Shown piece after piece: positions 36,035-49,773 of a stretch of 64,000 nucleotides of DNA. Source of the DNA: Podarcis pityusensis (Eukaryota). Each line of letters begins with the position of its first letter. Positions within the stretch are counted from its first letter, which is position 1. Made by a program: the position numbers and the translations under genes. The stretch lies in assembly GCA_964106645.2 (NCBI GenBank), contig OZ067038.1; one strand, given 5' to 3'. The notes below the pieces were generated by a model. The model had not been told where the DNA came from. It did no database searches and saw only the letters and a program-made list of their open reading frames with translations.

Positions 36035-36958
36035 AGGGTGTCTATAGATGTTTTGCATGTTGTTTGGAGGGAGTTGTTTATGGTGCCCAAAAAAGTCTCT
36101 TTGTGGCAAACTGTGTTCCTAGGTCCCCAAAGGCTCCTTTTCCAGACCACACCAGTTCTGACTGCAGGTGGAAGCAAGGCTGAGTGAGTCATACTTGCAT
36201 GCATGCTTATTGTTTTAAAAAGTAAATAAAAAGTAAATTGCCTGTATTAAAGCTACCGCTTTAAAGTTTCGGCATATCATTCTCTCATATATGCTACACA
36301 GGAAGGGAGGTGTTTTGTCAGAGCATTCAAAAAATATGATGTCCTGCCTACTCATGGAAGTGACACAGTCCAGAATCAAGCCACCTTCACCGTCCACCTC
36401 ACTCTGTCTGTCTGGGGTGGGGAACCTGGGGCCCTCCCAAAGTTGCTGGACTTCCAACTCCCATCAGCTTCAGCCAGCATGGGCAGCGGCCAGGTATGAT
36501 AGGAGATGCAGCACCCGGAATTGTAGCTCTGCTAACTACTTTCAGTCAAGTATTGCCATTTTCATTTCCGCCAAGGCTCCAGTGTGTTTAGCAGTCACCA
36601 GGCATGTAAAAAGTAATTTCCTATTATCATTTATCTTTGTATCTGCATCTTTGGCTCTCCTGTCCATTGCCCCATCCCCACCCTCCTGCATGTCCTCTTA
36701 CCACATAAGGTGGGCTGTAGGTGTGTTGCACACCACAGAAACATGCAGAATGCCATAGCAGAAACTGCAGGTGACACTTATGCAAAAAGAGCCAGCTGCA
36801 CAAATGTGAGATGGGGGACACCTGGCTTTCTAATAGTACATGTGAAAAGGATCTAGGGGTTGTAGACCAAAAGCTGAACATGAGTCAATAGTGTGATGCA
36901 GCAGCAAAAGAAGCTAATGCTATTCTAGGCTACATCAACAGTAGTAGTAGTTGTTATT

Positions 36959-37335
36959 GGGATGCGAATGGTCTAAACCACTGAGCCTCTTGGGCTTGCC
37001 AGTCAGAAGGTTGGCGGTTTGAATCCCCATGATGGGATGAGCTCTCGTTGCCCTGTCCCAGCTTCTGCCAACCTAACAGTTTGAAAGCACACCAGTGCAG
37101 GTAGATAAATAGGTACCGCTATGGCACGATGGTAAAAGGCGTTTCCATGTGCTCTGGTTTCTGTCACAGTGTTCCATTGTGCCAGAAGTGGCTTAATCAT
37201 GCTAGCCACATGACCCGGAAAGCTGTCTGTGGACAAACACCGGCTCCCTCGACCTGAAGCAAGACGAGCGCCGCAACCCCATAGTTGTCTTTGACTGGAC
37301 TTAACCGTCCAGGAGTCCTTTACCTTTACCTTTTT
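36959..37335 (+). mobile_element. Sauria SINE inserted into an old CR1 fragment (~36760-37395)
   Basis: SINE body and (ACCTTT)n tail; flanks read as CR1 ..KLNMSQ*CDAAAKEANAILGYIN.. Confidence 0.85.
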
Positions 37336-40300
37336 AGTATAGTGCCCAGATTAAGGTAAGTAATGTTACTTCTCTATGATCCTATTATTCTATGATTTGA
37401 GGAACAGTATTGAAATCCTGTGTGTTAGTGATGATGGCCCTGAGTTTAATCTTTTCTTTGTATGCTGACACTGGAGATTGTTATCTGGTGGTGAAAGAGT
37501 TAAATGAAAATGTTGCAGTATTTTGTACTGTACAGTATTTGTTTTCATTCTGGATGCCACAGGGAAATGTGGTTGAACCCTCTGGAACTGTGCAGGCCTT
37601 TAAAATGTTTAAACTGCAGAAGAGGGCATTGGTTAAGTTAAGCTGTGATCATGGGAACAAGAGATAAAGATAGTCCCTCTGGGGCTGGAGTGAACTTTGT
37701 GATGGTGAGTCTTGAAATGCAATTGCTATGGAATTTCAGTTACAACTGCTATGAACCACCTGTGGATCCTTCTGTTTATGACAAAAACCTTTATTTCTGT
37801 GCTGAAGAACTGATCTGGAAAAGGAAGCGGTGGTGGCGTGGTATAGGAATGCGAGGGAACCTGGCTCCAGGACCTGTTTTTGGAGGGGATCCAAAATTTC
37901 AGGGTTGCACATTTATCATAGCATTGCCATATTTCAAAAAGTGGAAATCTCCAAAAAAGAGAGCAGTTTTAAAGTTATTTTTAAGGGAAAAATAAACACT
38001 TCCAACACCGTTTTCAACGGACGAATCCTGGCTGTGTCCAGGAAATTCCAGAGGCATGGCATCCCTACCAGAGCACCAAGGCAATCAACAGACCCCACCT
38101 CACTAACTTAATCCTTATCTTTCTGTGTGTTGTGTTTCAAAGTAAACGAAGCAGCTAAAGAATTTCCATCTATTCTGTTACTGCTGAGCTCCTACTTCCA
38201 TTTCCCATCAACTCATCAGTGTATTAGTATGCTGGTTACGTACAGTTAAAAGCACTGTGGAAAAGCCCTCTCCCACTCTTTTGATTTTATTTAATCTATG
38301 AAAATGGCAAAAAGCTTATTTCAGGTGTCCTCGACCTTTGGATGACTGAAAAGCTAGTAGGGTAATGATGTCACTGCACTTCATGCCGCTGTAGCCTCAG
38401 TAACTGAGATCTCATGCAAGGTTTACTTTCCCTCAGGAGATGAATTCATTCAGGTGTTTAACTTTCAGTAAACATATGCATATCGCTTCCCAAAGTGAAT
38501 TGAGGGCTTTTTCTTTAGGCTGCCTAAAACATTTTTTCCTCCTTCTTTGGTCAGACAGAGTTCTTTTTATTTTCATACACTCCCTTCAATTAAATGTTCT
38601 GACATTTCTGAGTCACCCTACGTTCTCCCTAGGAAAAGAAGGAAATTTCTGATAGCTCCATGCTGGAGGGAGGGTGGGAAAGCAAGCAGAAAATTATTTT
38701 GCAGTTGAGAGCAGAGGAGGAAGACTTGGAGGTTTGTTAGCCTTCCTTCACATTTCACTCATTTTACCACTCATTGCTAAACAGAATGGAATGATACCCA
38801 TGCCTGATTCTGATGTATTTTTTCTCCTTCCATCTTTCATTCTTCAGTTCATAGAGGACCTCTTGCATTACCATCATGAAGATCATGATTATTTATTTGA
38901 TTATTAATGGTCTATTTGCAGCACTTGTTCTGAAACAAAGGTTTGAGGACTGGGCAAGAAACTGGGGGGATATGATATTCCATTTTAATCCCACATTATC
39001 TTCTTCAGTTGACGGCTTTGGCCAATGAGTTATGTCCACAAGTATAATTCTGATTATCAGGTCACTAAGACAATGGTCACCACTGAGGGATTATCTGTGC
39101 TTCCTCTTGTCCATTTGCTTTCCCTCGGGGGGGGGGGGACGGGGACGGGGACTGCTCTTTAGCATTCACTTGGAGCGAATGGTAATTTGGGTTTTCTAAG
39201 AAAAACCATTCAGACCTATGCTTTCTAGGCGTGGGACAAGTGGAAGTGTGGATGAGCCCTGACTTGCTGCTTCCTCAGTCTTTTGACTGCACTGAGTGGC
39301 AAAATGTTAGTGTAGTTTGTCAAACATTTGGGGTTCCTTTTTTCAGTTAGCAGAGTCACTTAGAAAGTCTTCCAGAATCTCCTTTTTTAATTCAGCTGCT
39401 CATCTGTTGGTGAACTCCCATGTGAGAATAAACACCTCACCTATTTCAGTTCTTCATAAAGTATTTATTGTAGAATTAACACTACAGTGTATATAACTTA
39501 TATAACGAAGGAAAATAAAATGGAACTATATTTTATTGGAACCTCGGGTTATGTACTCCTTGTGAATGCTTCGAGTAATGAGCTCTGCTAACCCAGAAGT
39601 AGATGCCCCTAGTTGCGATCTTTGCACAGGGATGCGAGCGGAAGTCGTATGCCAGCGGTGCGGCAGCAGTGGGAGTGCGCCTCGTGTTAAGAACAGTTTC
39701 GGTTTAAGAACGAATTAAGTTTGTAACCGGAGGTACGACTGTACAGAGAATCATTCTATCTCACTGCTCTTCAGCCAACAGGCCAGAGTAACAGTCTCCA
39801 CACCACACACTCTCTCCTGCAGAGCATGCCTTATAAAGAAGTCTGTTGTCAAGGGCAACCCTGTTACTGGGGGAGTCTGCTCACCTTCTGGGATGGGCAG
39901 TGTTGCGGTATGGCCCCAGCCATGCCAAGTGATCAGACAAATGACAGGCCAGATTGACCAGCAAATTGGCCAATGCTGGCAGACATTAGCTGGGAGTTCC
40001 TTTGGTGGCAGGCCCAACCAACCAACCAACCAACCAACCAATGGTGATGCTTGGGGCCACTTCCAGGGGAGGTTAAATTGTGGCATGCCTGGCACCCTTC
40101 TCAGCCCTTTCGTTATTAGATACACTTCCAGCAAATGGGCTGGAGTGGAATAGCAATGGCTTTACCCAATGCCTATGCCAAACCGTTCACTACTGTAATC
40201 AATAAAGTTGTGGCCTTATTCAAACCCAAAACCCAATATGCTGTTGTCCAGTGTGGTTATTTATCTCCCCAGGGAACTGCGGAGTCAAGGGGCCTTGGCA

Positions 40301-42004
40301 CACAAGGCCTGTTGCTAGGGGCAAACTTGTTGCTAGGGGCAAAACTTTTCAAGGATCATTTCAAGTCTCTTCTGTGGAAATTATGTTTCTCCTTTTGTTA
40401 AAGTCATGGTATATACATCATTCTAAACTTTTCCATTACTGCTATACAGGGATGACACTTTGACTTCCAAGAGCACTTGTTTATAGCATGGAGGGGATAG
40501 AGGATGATTCAAGTCTTTAGGGCATAGTTTATTCCAAGTTTTAAATGGTTCCTCAAAGTGCTCAGCAAAAATGTTATGATTCAGATTTGTACTTAAGGCT
40601 TACCTTAAGTAACAACAGCCCACTGTTTCCAGAAATCCTCAACCAGTGCAGAGAAAATATTTATTTATTTAAAGCATTTTTACTCCATTCTTCAGCCAAA
40701 AAAGGCTCCCAGAGTAACTTACAAAGAAGTACTTGTATGTGTGTGTGTTTGGGGTGGGGTGGGAATTGGAAAAATATTCCTCTAGCTGCTTGGATAATAT
40801 CCTTCTAGTTACTGCTAGGCAGATTTCCTCCTGAGGTCTACATGCATGCCTATATGCATAGACCGTGCAAACATCTGTAGCAGGGAGGTCTTTACAAATA
40901 CAGCTGTGTGCAGGAAGGTTACCATGCAGTTAGGAACCCAATGCAATTAGGGTTCCCAGTCATGCAACCTTTGTGCAAAAAGCTGTACATGCAAGGGCTT
41001 CTCAGATGACTGTGTTGTTTCAAAGTTATAACAGCTGTTTTGCCTCAGTTAACTGAATGATGAATACATACAGATGTCCTCAAGGCAAACCAAACGTTGA
41101 AAAGCAGTGGTGCTAATGAGCTTCCCATGGAAGAACTGTCTTTTACTCCTTGCAGCCATGTTCTGGGATCATTTTCCCAATTCTGTGATGAAGCAGTAGT
41201 AAAATAACTTGGATGATTTTCATGAAACATGAGCAGTTCCTCTTCCATTTTTATTTTATCAGAAACAAGTCCATAAGGACTTGCTAGAACTGAGAAGGTA
41301 AGAGAGCAGTAGAGGTGACCAAATCCATCAGCAAGTTCCATTCCCACCTCACCATAAAGCATAACCATTCATATGACAGTCATTCACCTCTTTCATGATA
41401 GTAGAACATAGAGGTCACCCTACAAAATTGGTTTTCAAGTCAGTTTAGGCCAGACAAAAGAAAATGCTGGTTATACAACATATAATTATGGAATTCACAA
41501 CCACAATATCTGATGATGATCACTAAACTAGATGGTTTATTTAAAAGAATAGACATATTCATAGATGGTAGACCTCTCAACGGCCTTGTTAGCAAAATGA
41601 GGTCTCCAGATGCTGTAGTCAAATCATAGGGGATGATTTTCATGCCTGTCTTATAAGCAGGGCTTTTTTCAGGGAGAACTCACAGGAACTCACTTCGAGC
41701 ACCAGGTGGATGCCATTGCCATTCTAAGAGAACAAGGGGAGGTGTTCATGGTGAGTTCTGGCACCTCTTTTTCTAGAAAAAGAGCACTGCATAAGGTTTC
41801 AGAGGCCACAGTCTCTGAAAGGCAACAACCATTCAAAAATAATGCTAGACTATAAGGATGTTTACCTAATTCTTTCTGGCAAGGAATATTTGTATGGGGA
41901 GCAATTAAATCTTTGGCCCTACCAATGTGGTTCCTTCATCTAAATGCTAACCAGAAATAGATGGAAAGAAGCCACGAGGAAGTGATTTCTGCAGTAATGT
42001 ATGC

Positions 42005-42488
42005 ATACACAGAGCAGGCTTTGCTATCAAAAATGATCTTGTGAAGCTCTTGTCAGACGTCCCTGCTGGCATTAATGAACAACTTTCAACCCTTCGAATA
42101 CAACTTGCCAAAAGCCAGCAGGCAACTATTTTAAGTGCTTATGCACCAACCCTGGATGCTGATGAAGACATTAAAGAAAAAAAATATTCTCAGCTGGATG
42201 CCATCCTATCAGAGACACCTCAGGAGGATAAAATTAGAGTTGGGTGATACTTCAATATGTGGTCAGGGACTATTGGGAAAGAAGGAATTGGCAACAGCAA
42301 CCAGAACGGAATCTTACTTTTGACAATATGTGCAGTGCACAACTTATTACCACCAACGCACTCTTTTGACAAAAAAGTAAATTGAAAGTATAATGGAAGC
42401 ACCCTCAGTCGAAGCACTGGCACCTCTTAGACTATGTAATTCCCCGAGCTAAAGATCACTGTGATGTGCTCCTTACCAGAGCTATGAC
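42005..42488 (+). mobile_element. RTE-clade LINE endonuclease fragment
   Basis: GFAIKN..GINEQLSTLRIQL..ATILSAYAPTL..WKHPQSKHWHLLDYVI. Confidence 0.85.
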
Positions 42489-43264
42489 CAGGGCTGTAGC
42501 TAGGGGGTGGCGAGGAAGGCCCTTGCCAGGGGTGCAGGCGAGGGGGGGGGCAGCAGCAGGAGGAGGAGGAGGGAAGGGGCTCCCACTGGTGTTCGCACCA
42601 TGGTGTTCACAGCATGTCCCTGCCTCCTCTATTTTCCCTGCTGCCGCTCCCAGCTCCAGCTCCAGTATCCGCAGCAGCAGGTCTTTGCCAACCATGGGGG
42701 CTCCCAAAAAGTTGGTGGCGCCCCCCTTGCCCAAGCCAAGCCCCCTCGGAAAGGTCACGGCTGCGTCCCCACAGAGTGCCCCGGTGCCTTCTCGAGCTCT
42801 TGGCCCAACACTTCTCTCCCAAGGCAGCTGCTGTGCAACAGAGGTGCCCCAGCCACCAGGAACCCCCCCACAACAGAGAGGGCCATGGTGGCGCCTCTGG
42901 TGGTGTGAGGCCACTCGGTCGTGGGGCTGCCATGCTCAGGCGTGTGCTCCAGGGAGAGCCTTTGTGCGGCGTTGCAAGTGGGGTGTGGGGAGGCCTCACT
43001 GTGCTTCTTGCTCAGCCTGCCTCCCGAGGCGATCTGGGTGCTGAAGCACTGGAGCCTGGAGAAGCAGCAGCTGCAGCAGTGAACACATGGGAGGATGCCC
43101 TGCTCTCTCTGCCTCCCAGGATGCCACAAAGCGCCCCCTGGCTGGGTACTCGGCCACCGCCGGCAGGGACTTGTGCGCCCTGCTGCAGGTGTCGCTGCTC
43201 AACGAGCGCCACCGCTATGATGATGTGGAGTACAACGATGACATAGGGGTGGCCAGCGCCCCTG
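42489..43264. mobile_element. GC-rich hAT-like non-autonomous element
   Basis: Imperfect termini CAGGGCTGTAGCT / GGCCAGCGCCCCTG; no matching TSD. Confidence 0.55.
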
Positions 43265-43396
43265 GAGTGTGGGCGGCCAATGAAGTTTTTAACGGAATTA
43301 TGTCTGAAATGAAAAAAAGACTTATTGCTTTTTTTTTTTCCATTTCAGACATAATTCCGTTTTTCATTTCAGACATAATTCCGTTAAAAAACTTCA

Positions 43397-44983
43397 TTTC
43401 AAGAAGTGGCAGAGAGATATTTCTAGATTTGTCTGGCAGGGCAAGAAGCCCAGAATAAAATTTAAGATATTAACTGATGCCAAGGAAAGAGGTGGATTTG
43501 CCCTGCCAGACCTTGAACTTTATTATGAATCAGCAGCTTTTTGCTGGCTGAAAGAATGGCTACTTCTTGAAAACACAGACATTTTGGATCTAGAAGGTTT
43601 TAACAATGTATTTGGATGGCATGCATATTTATGGTATGATAAGGTCAAAGCACACAAAGCATTCAAAAACCATATTGTTAGGAAAGCATTGTTTAATGTT
43701 TGGATAAGATACAAAGACTTATTGGAAAATAAAACCCCAAGGTGGCTGTCACCAATGGAAGCAAAAGCTCTGAAAAGGCTCAATATGGAGGCCAAATGGC
43801 CGACATATTGGGAAATTTTGGAGCAAGAAGGAGATAAATTGAGATTGCAGAGTTTTGAAAAATTAAAAAATAAAGTGAGAGATTGGCTCCACTACTATCA
43901 GATAATGGAGGCATATAATTTGGATAAGAAAATAGGCTTCCAAGTGGAAAAGTCAAAATTAGAAACAGAATTGTTAGAACCCAAAACTAAAAATTTGTCA
44001 AGAATGTATAACTTGCTGTTGAAATGGAATACTCAGGATGAAACGGTGAAATCTGCTATGATTAAATGGGCACAAGATGTTGGACATAATATTATGTTCG
44101 CTGACTGGGAACAGTTATGGACCACAGGCATGAAGTTTACGGCATGTAATGCCTTAAGAGAGAATATTATGAAAATGATATACAGGTGGTACATGACCCC
44201 AGTCAAGCTTGCAAAAATTTATCATTTGCCCGATAATAAATGTTGGAAATGTAAAGAAACTGAAGGTACATTCTTTCACCTTTGGTGGACGTGCCCAAAG
44301 ATTAAGGCTTTCTGGGAAATGATATATAATGAACTGAAAAAGGTATTTAAATATACCTTTCTGAAGAAACCAGAGGCCTTTCTCTTGGGCATTGTCGGCC
44401 AACTGGTGCCAAAGAAGGACAGAACCTTTTTCATGTATGCTACAACAGCAGCAAGAATACTTATCGCAAAGTATTGGAAGACACAAGATCTACCCACTTT
44501 GGAAGAATGGCAGATGAAGGTGATTGACTACATGGAATTGGCGGAAATGACTGGCAGAATCCGAGACCAGGGAGAAGAGTCGGTGAAAGAAGACTGGAAG
44601 AAATTTAAGGACTATTTACAGAAATATTGCAAAATTAAGGAACTTTAGGAAGATGTTGGATAGAAACTAAGAGGTTTTTAGCTGTAATGCTTTAAGAGAC
44701 ATGGAAAAAAAGGTTAACAATTGGGTAAAAGATTAATGGTAAGGATTTGCTGAACCAACAAATTGATTTGGAATACAAAGAAGGGAGGTATGAGGAGGTC
44801 CGGGGAAATAAGAGTAAGGAAGATAGGTTATGGAACATTATTGTGTTTTTAACTGTTTTATTTTGTATGTTTTTTCTTATTTTCTACTTTTTTGCTGTAT
44901 TTTAAAACTTTATACTTTTTTCTTTGTTTTGTATTTTCATGTATTTTTGTGAAACTTTAATAAATATCATTATAAAAAAAAAA
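43397..44983 (+). mobile_element. Young 5'-truncated L1 with intact ORF2 C-terminus, 3' UTR and poly(A)
   Basis: Uninterrupted FKKWQRDISRFVWQGKKPRIK..GGFALPDL..CWKC..HLWWTC to the stop at 44648; AATAAA; A10 tail; TSD TGAAATGAAAAAA(A)GA. Confidence 0.93.
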
Positions 44984-45804
44984 TGAAATGAAAAAAGATC
45001 TCAGGTATATGATACTGTTACATCAGATTTCAGTTTTCTAGCAGGCAAAGTTTAAAATGAAAATTCATCTTGAAAAATGTGCCGCAGATTTTGGTACCAA
45101 GTACAGCCAAAGAAGGGTTTGAATTTGATATCCTGCTTTATCACTATACATCCCTTAACCCATACTTGGTTATACATTTCAACATATCTAAATAGGAAGC
45201 TGTGCCAATGTTTTCAAGTAGTTTTGCTGCTTGAAATTTGAAAGAAGCTACTTCATTTACCAGTTCCACTGTATCAATGTCTCGTAAATGTGTGATGATA
45301 AAATGGGCAAAAGATCTGAGATATAATATTCAAATGAATGATGAAAAAACTTTGGAAGGTGGATTTGAAATTCACTGCATGTACGACACTGAAAGAGACC
45401 TATATGAAAATGATGTACCGTTGGTACATAACACTGGTAAAACTTGCCAAAATTTATAGAACAAGTTCTAATAAGTGTTGGAAATGTAAAGAAAAAGAGG
45501 GTGCCTTTTGTCCTCTACAATTTCTCTTTGAAATCTGGATATTGTATAACTAAATCCTGTGTTTTTATCCTCCTTAAAAATCTCATTTAATTGAAAATAT
45601 TGTAACCCATCTGTTATCTTATTTCTTCAAATTTTCTTAATTTTAATTGATTTTCCACTTCAATTAGGAGCTCTCTATATTTTGGCCAATTTGTCCTCAT
45701 ATTTATCTTTTTGAGAGATATTGCTTTCGTGGGTGACAACCACCATGGTATCTTTTTCTATTAATTTTTTTGTCTCTCTCCCTTAGCAAACCCTCTCCTA
45801 ACTA

Positions 45805-46379
45805 TATCTGAGGATACCCTTCCTGAATCTCCTGAATCTCAAAATGGTTTCCGACAGTGGATATGATTCTCACTGCCTGACAGCTTCAAGAAAAATGCAG
45901 AGTGCAAAACCAACCCCTGTATATGGTGTTTATGGAGCTGACTAAGGCCTTTGGTACTGTAAATTGTCCTGCCCTGTGGACTGTCCTTCTGAAAATTGGC
46001 TGCCCAGATAAATTTGTGAAAATCCTTTGCCTCCCCCATGATAATATAACGGCAACAATCACTGATAAACACCAGGTAGAAATTATATCTCAAACAGATG
46101 GAAAGCTCTTTAACTTGAGTAGGCTGAAAGCAAAGAATAAGGTTACCATAACTTCCATCATGGAGCTTCAATATGCTGATGACAACGTAGTGTGTGCACA
46201 CTCAGAAGGTGACCTCCAAACCATCCTAAATATCTTCGCAGGAGCTTTTAGAAGACACATGAAGGCAGCCCTGTTTAGGGAAGCTTTTAATGTTTGATGG
46301 ACTACTGTATTTTAATATTTTGTTGGAAGCCACCCAGAGTGGCTGGGGAAACCCAGTCAGATGGACGGGGTATAAATAA

Positions 46380-46420
<41 letters not shown>

Positions 46421-47389
46421 GAAAAGCTTGGCCTATCACTCAATAGCCAAAAAATGAAAGTGCTGCACCAACAAACACAAAACAACCCCTCCGCAGCACC
46501 ACAGATCCAACTTAATGCTGTAACGGTGGAAAGTGTTGATCACTTTTCCTACCTGGGCAGTTATCTTTCCACAGGGGCTGACATCAGTGCTGAAATCCAG
46601 CATTGCCTGAGCTCTACGAGTGCAGCTTTCTCCCAATTGAAGCACAGAGTGTTTCAGGACCGGAACATTCACAGGGAGACCAAAATACTTGTTTACAAAG
46701 CTATTGCACTGCCAACTTTACGGTACGCTTGTGAAACATGGACCACTTATAAACGCCATCTGATGGATAGATTCCATCAACGGTGTCTCTGAAAATTTTT
46801 ACATATCACTGGGGAAGACAGGCGAACTAATGTCAGTGTACAAGAAGAAGCAAAGATCACCAGTGTCAAAGCGATGATTCTTCAACATCAACTTTGTTGG
46901 ACTGGTCATGTTATTCGGATGCCTGATTATTGTTTTCCAAAGCAACTACTTTATTCTCAACTTAAGAATGGAAATTGAAATGCTGGTGGACAACAAAAGA
47001 AGTTTAAAGACACTCTCAAGGCAAATATAAAAAAATACAGTATAAGCACGTATAATTGGGAAACACTGGCCTGCAAGTGCTCCAATTGGAGAATAGCCTC
47101 TACCAAAAGCATCATGGACTTTGAAGAAGCTCAAACTCAGGAATAAAAGGGAGAAATGTGCTAAGAGGAAGGCATGTTTGGCAAATCCTCACCGTGACCA
47201 ACTCCTGCCCAGAAACCTATGTCCTCAATGTGGAAGGACATTTGGATCCAGAATTGGCCTCCATTGTCACCTATGGACTCACTGTTAAGACCATATTCAT
47301 GGAAGACAATCTTAGTCGGCTATGAGTGATTGCCAAAGAAGAAGAAGAAGAAGAAGAAGAAGAAGAAGAAGAAGAAGAAGAAGAAGAAG
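45805..47389 (+). mobile_element. RTE-clade LINE RT and 3' end with (AAG)n tail; an L2 3' end is nested at ~46240-46420
   Basis: LQEKC..PLYMVF.ELTKAF, LQYADD, FSYLGS, YACETW, C-terminal CPQCGR..IGL..H; (AAG)n at 47336-47389. Confidence 0.88.
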
Positions 47390-48486
47390 ACAGTCTTGCT
47401 GTATGGTGAAGATAGTTAATCTGTCCTCCCAACTACCATGGCCATACAGCCAATCTTCTGGATATTTCTGTCTTTAAACTGCTCTGCCACTGTAGCCATG
47501 ACACTTTGGATATGGATGGAACTATGGTGGCAGCCATTTACTTATACCTAGAATAGTCCTCAGCTAGTGAAAATAAGTCTCTCACTGAAGCCTCTGCTGT
47601 GTGGTATGTTGTCTTCCTCCTTTCCCAATTGAGTCACAGAAAGTGGCCTCAGTATACTTCTTGGTCTGAGGTGGTGATGTCTTGCTTAAATGGAAAAGTC
47701 CCAATAAAATCCTGGGGCAAGGTCAATTCTCTGAGATAGCATTGCTGTCAAAATTTAATTTGCCATCATATTGAGGCCTTGGTGTAGTGTTGATTCAAGG
47801 GGCAGAGGAGGTACACCACCTGAACTGCCAAACACCACGGAACTGTGGTCTTTCCTGGCTATAGATCTAGGGAGAATATACTTCTGTTTCTCTTTTGCTT
47901 TTTATTTATCCTAGGTTATTTTCCATCATGCTAGACTTCCTTGAGTTCTTTCACTGCTGTGAGATGTTTGACTACTTGTCTAAGATTTTGTTCAAGACAT
48001 AACAACTGGTGTTTAATCAGTGGCTGAAACTAACCACACAAAGAGAGAAGTGAATAATTCCTTTTGATGTGAAGCTGCCATCCAACCCACATGACATCTC
48101 TTGTAAATACTATTAGAGATGGAGTCTTTTGGTTATTTGATGTCAATTCTATAACTGGCCATTTCGCAGTTGTCTCATTTAAAAACAGAAAGTTCTTGTC
48201 ATATTAGCTCCTGAGAATGATATCGTTTCAGTCAAGTTTAATCAAACTGTCGATGGGGGAGGCTTTCCATGTACATTTCAACCTACAGTGAGATGCACCC
48301 AGGTTTTCTCCTTATCCTTTCCCTGTATGTGTGAGTTGTGCAGTGCAAAAAGAAAGCATGCAATACACTTGTCCTGTGTGTGCTCAACCCTATATTTGGC
48401 ATTCATGTGTCAGTGATTCTTCATTGCCAGACCCTTCATGGCCCCAATCAACTGCAACCACTGATTAGTTTTCCCCATGAAAAGTA

Positions 48487-48935
48487 CAGTGGTGCCCCGC
48501 AAGACGAATGCCTCGCAAGACGGAAAACCCGCTAGACGAAAGGGTTTTCCGTTTTGGAGGTGCTTCGCAAAACGAATTTCCTATGTGCTTGCTTCGCAAG
48601 ACGAAAATGTCTTGCGAGTTCCTGCGGGGTTTTTTTCCTTTCCCCCCCCCTTTTTCCCAAGCCGCTAAGCCGCTTATCAGCTGATCTTTAAGCCGCTTAA
48701 CAGCTGATGGCTAAGCCGCTTATCAGCTGATCTTTAAGCCGCTTAACAGCTGATGCTAAGCCGCTTATCAGCTGATCGTTAAGCCGCTTATCAGCTGATC
48801 TTTAAGCCGGCTAAGCCGCTAATACTGTAGCGCTAAGCCGCTAAACCTCTAATGGGCTTGCTTCGCAAGATGAAAAAACCCGCAAGACGAAGAGACTCCC
48901 GGAACGGATTCTTTTCGTCTTGCGAGGCACCACTG
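48487..48935. mobile_element. Tigger-like MITE with internal 23-bp tandem array
   Basis: TA TSD; TIRs CAGTGGTGCCcCGCAAGACGAA / TTCGTCTTGCGAGGCACCACTG. Confidence 0.88.
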
Positions 48936-49716
48936 TAGTCCCATTCCTTCTAGTAATACTGATGTTGCCATGCTGTCAATCATGTATGATGATGTCACTG
49001 AGGGTAAATGAAGTTCAGAGTGAGGGTACTGTCTATGCAAAAGTTGGCGTCATTTGCTCTTGGTGAAATAGTCATATTACCAAATCTGAGTGGCTGTATG
49101 ACAAAACTAATAGGGAGAAAGAAGACATACTTTTAAACAAAAATGGTACTGAAGTTAACTGCTAATTGGGACTGTGAGCCTATGAGCAACAGCAAATAGT
49201 TTTGGGAAAGGTAAATTTTGGGGGACATTTCAGAAATCTCCCACTGCAGAAAGCTCTTATTTGTATCCAACATGTTCACTGGAGAAATTCTGCTCACTAT
49301 CCCTATTGATGGAAGCTTCAAAAAAGAAAACCAGACATCCTTCTGATGGTGTGATAGTATGCAAGAATTTGAAGAAATTGTGGTAGGCTTTTTCGTTACT
49401 TCTAATTTAAGGACTGATTTAAAATAGTTTATATAAAAAGCACCATTGATAAGATTAAAAAGCAGAGCTAAAATAACTCTATGTTTATCCAAAGATGACT
49501 AAATGTTCCCAAATTAAAATAGTCTTACACTGAACATTTCTTCCAGATCTGCTGAAAACTCTCAAACTAGGGTTGCAATGAGCCAAGAAGAGGACATCTT
49601 CACTGACTTCTAACTATGGGTCATGGTGATGACTCTCTTTTAAAATGCTTCTCCTATATGTAGGCTATAGAAGCTGCAATATATTGCTAATAGCCATGTT
49701 CTTGACTTTCCATGGC

Positions 49717-49773
49717 AGAAGAAGAAGAAGAAGAAGAAGAAGAAGAAGAAGAAGAAGAAGAAGAAGAAGAAGA
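49717..49773. repeat. (AAG)n microsatellite
   Basis: Seen directly. Confidence 0.95.

Noticed and set aside
35923-36204. ORFs with SFFL/KERK repeats (similar cases at 53733-53976 and 59302-59626)
   Set aside because: These are translations of microsatellites.
41045-41368. 107-aa ORF as a host gene
   Set aside because: GSSLAPLLFNV is a degraded non-LTR RT motif, so this is an old LINE remnant.
42456-43458. Cluster of long ORFs (up to 210 aa) on both strands
   Set aside because: Artefact of a GC-rich non-autonomous element and the adjacent palindrome.
43584-44648. 354-aa intact ORF as a domesticated gene
   Set aside because: It is the C-terminus of L1 ORF2 in a young copy with poly(A) and TSD, and a near-identical sibling lies at 63708.
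48657-48846. CRISPR-like array
   Set aside because: Eukaryotic context, units are contiguous with no unique spacers, and the array lies inside MITE TIRs.
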